A stretch of DNA of 64,000 bases from Eledone cirrhosa (taxonomy: Eukaryota), in the NCBI GenBank assembly GCA_964016885.1, contig OZ024741.1, forward strand, positions 135,594,001-135,658,000. Reading direction: 5' to 3'. The notes beneath the pieces are model-generated. The model was not told the origin of the DNA and did no database searches. It saw nothing but the letters and a program-made list of their open reading frames with translations. Positions 59,438 to 64,000 of the stretch are shown here, piece by piece (position 1 is the first letter of the stretch; the number at the start of each line of letters is the position of its first letter). The position numbers were made by a program, and so were the translations under genes.

Positions 59438-59654
59438 ATGAAAACATGGCGTGCTGCGTGGTTGCAAATGGGTTACATATGAATAAATTTAGTCCTTCAT
59501 CAGTGATCTTCCAACCTTCATTGGTATTTCATCGCTTTAAAGAACATATACCTCCGGTTGGTGCGAGCAACGGCTAAAGAAAGTCGTTGGGACACGTAAA
59601 TAAAGGGAACGAGCGAGACTGTAAACAATCAAAGATGGTAATGCAACGAAAAGT

Positions 59655-59920
59655 GAGGAAGAAGGAGTCAAGTCCCAGAAATCGATGAATATAAGTTCTG
59701 TTAAATCGTGGACGAGAGAGAATAAAGACCATCAAACCTGGTCGAAATGTGAGCAAGGAAAGAATTTCGCCCAGGTCAAACGGGAGGAAGAAGGAGTCAA
59801 GTCCCTGAAATCGGTGAACATAAGTTCTGTGAAATCGTAGACGAGAGAGAATAAAGAACAACCGACCTGGTCAAAGTGTGCGTGAGGAAAGAATTTCGCA
59901 CAGGTCAAACGGGAGGAAGT
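59655..59920. repeat. Tandem duplication of about 129 bp
   Basis: gaggaagaaggagtcaagtccc...ggaaagaatttcgc.caggtcaaacgg occurs twice. Confidence 0.8.
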
Positions 59921-60036
59921 AGGAGAGGGAGTAGCAGAGAGTGAGTGAGTGAAAGGTGAGGAAGAGGCTAACAGAGAGAGTGACTGTTAGAGGGGGTAAA
60001 GGGAAGTGAGAGATACAGAGAAAAGAGGAAGCAGTA

Positions 60037-61787
<1,751 letters not shown>

Positions 61788-61802
61788 ATATATATATATA
61801 TA

Positions 61803-62216
61803 TTAAAATATAAATATTTATAAAATAGATGTTCTTTTGATCAGTTACATTTTATTATACCTATTTTGGATGTACAACAGTACGTCCTCATCAGACAAAA
61901 TATAATGATACATGACATACCCTGAGATGTTAAATGGTTAAGATTTAATCAAGGTTAAGATTAAATAAGGTTAAGATTAAATCTTAACCATTTAACATCT
62001 CAGGGTATGTCATGTATCATTATATTTTGTCTGATGAGGACGTACTGTTGTACATCCGAAATATGTATAATAAAATGTAATTGATCAAAAGAACAACTAT
62101 TTTATTAATATTTATATTTTAATATTAATAACTCCCGAAAATTATTTTATCGTAGAGTGCTTCCAATCTACTGTAAAACTAATTTTATGACATACTCATT
62201 GAATATCGTTTAACAC

Positions 62217-62218
<2 letters not shown>
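61803..62218. mobile_element. Fold-back HHR element (family of 13640-14443)
   Basis: HHR on + at about 62024-62076: attttgt CTGATGA ggacgtac-tgtt-gtacatcc GAAA tatgta TA ataaaat. Inverted arm 61803-61945. Confidence 0.85.
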
Positions 62219-62262
<44 letters not shown>

Positions 62263-62268
<6 letters not shown>

Positions 62269-62832
62269 GTGAAAATAAAGCGAAACTAAAATGAAATTGA
62301 AAATAAAACAAAGTGAAGTGAAACTAATGTGGAAATGAAAGTAAACAAAACGGGAAATTGAAAGTGAATCTAAAATGTGAAAGTGAACGTGAAACAACAG
62401 TGAAAGTGAAACTAAATTCAAGGTGAAATTAAAGTAAAACTAGCGTGAAAGTAACGTGAAAGTGAAACTAAAGTGATAGGGAAACTAAATTAAAATATAT
62501 AATTATCTTCACAATCATCATCATCGACAACATTATTATTGCCTCAACTACTATTATCAATAACACCACTACTAAATGTGAAACTAAAGTGAAAGTGAAA
62601 CTAAATTGAAACCAGAATGAAAGGGATACTAAAATGAAATTAAAGTGAAACTGAAGTGAATGTGAAACTAAAGTGTAAGTAAAACTAAAGTGAAAGTGAA
62701 ACTAAAGTTAAACCAGAATAAATGTGAAACAAAAGAGAAAGTGAAATTAAAGTGAAACTGAAGTGAATATGAAACTAAAGTGTAGGTGAAACTAAACTGA
62801 AACTAAATTGAATGCGAAATTAAAGTGAAATC
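62263..62832. repeat. Degenerate minisatellite (gtgaaactaaa / gtgaaa)
   Basis: Many imperfect 6-11-bp units. Confidence 0.8.
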
Positions 62833-63019
62833 TAATCAACGATAGCATTGAAAAAGGAAAAAAAACAATAATATTCAAATCCTCCGAGAAACAAAACCCT
62901 AAAATTAAAAATTAGTAGTACCATACACATATACCCCCACCCCCCCAACGCAGATATCTATAAACACATACACCTAAACCTACATATACTACAAAAAGAC
63001 CCCAAAAATAAAAAAACGT

Positions 63020-63735
63020 CTTACAAATATATTTTATCCTAACGGGTAAATGATAGCCGAAATCATAAACAGTTACTGACAATGGCATAGCTGCAAACCA
63101 CAATTATAGAATCTCATGGGAAAAGATGCGGAATGTGCTATTACCTATTGGAAGACCATGAATTTCAATTCAAAGACGGACCCACCTTTAATATTAAAAA
63201 TAACATCTCGTGCAACTCGGAAAATTTAGTTTATCTTCCGAGGTTGCTATGAACATTCTTTTGACAGACGGAGCTGAAACGCTGACAAAGAATCGCAATC
63301 CATAGGTATCAAATCAGAACCCCGTATACTGGAAAGATCCCTCTAAGCAAGCATACAGAAGAATGTTTTCCCATTGTACCAATGTGGTTATGAAATCACA
63401 GAACAAGGTATAATTAATAAAGAGAAAATGTTTATCAGAAAATTCAAACACAGCATAATAATATTTTCAACACTAAAGGAACGTAGACTTACGCCCCTTG
63501 TTACAGATTTAAAAGAATTGTTTTACACACAAGCAGCAAAAAAAAAAGAAGTTTTTTTACCTTACTTTAGTAAGGACAGAAGCGACCCAAACCATACAAT
63601 TGAAAACCAGCATGCAGGAGTTTTAATGAAAGGACAATTTAACCTAATAAGCAATGTTTTGAAAACTTAGAACGGACAAAGCAAGCTACGCTAATTTGTT
63701 ATAAAGATCCGTTTCTAAAAAATATATACCAGGTC
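63020..63735 (+). pseudogene. Degraded PLE linker and GIY-YIG region
   Basis: KRCGMCYYLLEDHEFQFKDGPTFNIKNNISCNSENLVY, then RIAIHRYQI...PLSKH and EKMFIRKFK; stops and frameshifts. Confidence 0.7.
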
Positions 63736-63779
63736 CGCTTCTCTTCATTTTCCGTATATATATATAATTTTATATGCGA

Positions 63780-63817
<38 letters not shown>

Positions 63818-63821
<4 letters not shown>

Positions 63822-64000
63822 AAAGAGATGAAATCGAAAATGCAACTGGAGTCTTATTTTTTAAAAAAATATATATATTTATTTGGTTCCTTTACCGGTT
63901 TCGCAGTTCTTCTGCTTTTCAAAAGGTGAGTTGAGATGGAGGGTCTGTGGTTTTTCTCACATCTGATGTGAGAAAAATCACAGACCCTCCATCTCAACTC
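63818..64000. mobile_element. Fold-back copy of the 25041 family, running off the window end
   Basis: Same arm sequence, with centre tctcacatctgatgtgaga. Confidence 0.8.

Overview
AT-rich, microsatellite-dense animal DNA. The tRNA-derived SINE family points to an octopod cephalopod (inference). I found no host gene that I can support. The window is almost entirely mobile-element sequence: two decayed Neptune-type Penelope-like elements (PLEs), three Naiad-type PLEs (two with open, 5'-truncated RT+GIY-YIG frames of about 560 aa), an inverted pair of R4/Dong LINE 3' ends, RTE-like 5' UTRs, non-autonomous Helitron-like elements, and about 13 SINE copies. The main hidden layer is RNA. At least 8 unrelated families carry type I hammerhead ribozyme (HHR) motifs, mostly as fold-back (inverted) insertions in (TA)n tracts with staggered ends. 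The standout is a 5.8-kb array (25481-31319) of about 12.4 near-identical 472-bp non-coding units. Each unit carries one HHR, and the array flips orientation at 27777/27778. This fits a retrozyme-like or circular-RNA element copied by rolling-circle reverse transcription, probably using PLE machinery (inference). All motifs were read by eye and coordinates are approximate to a few bp.
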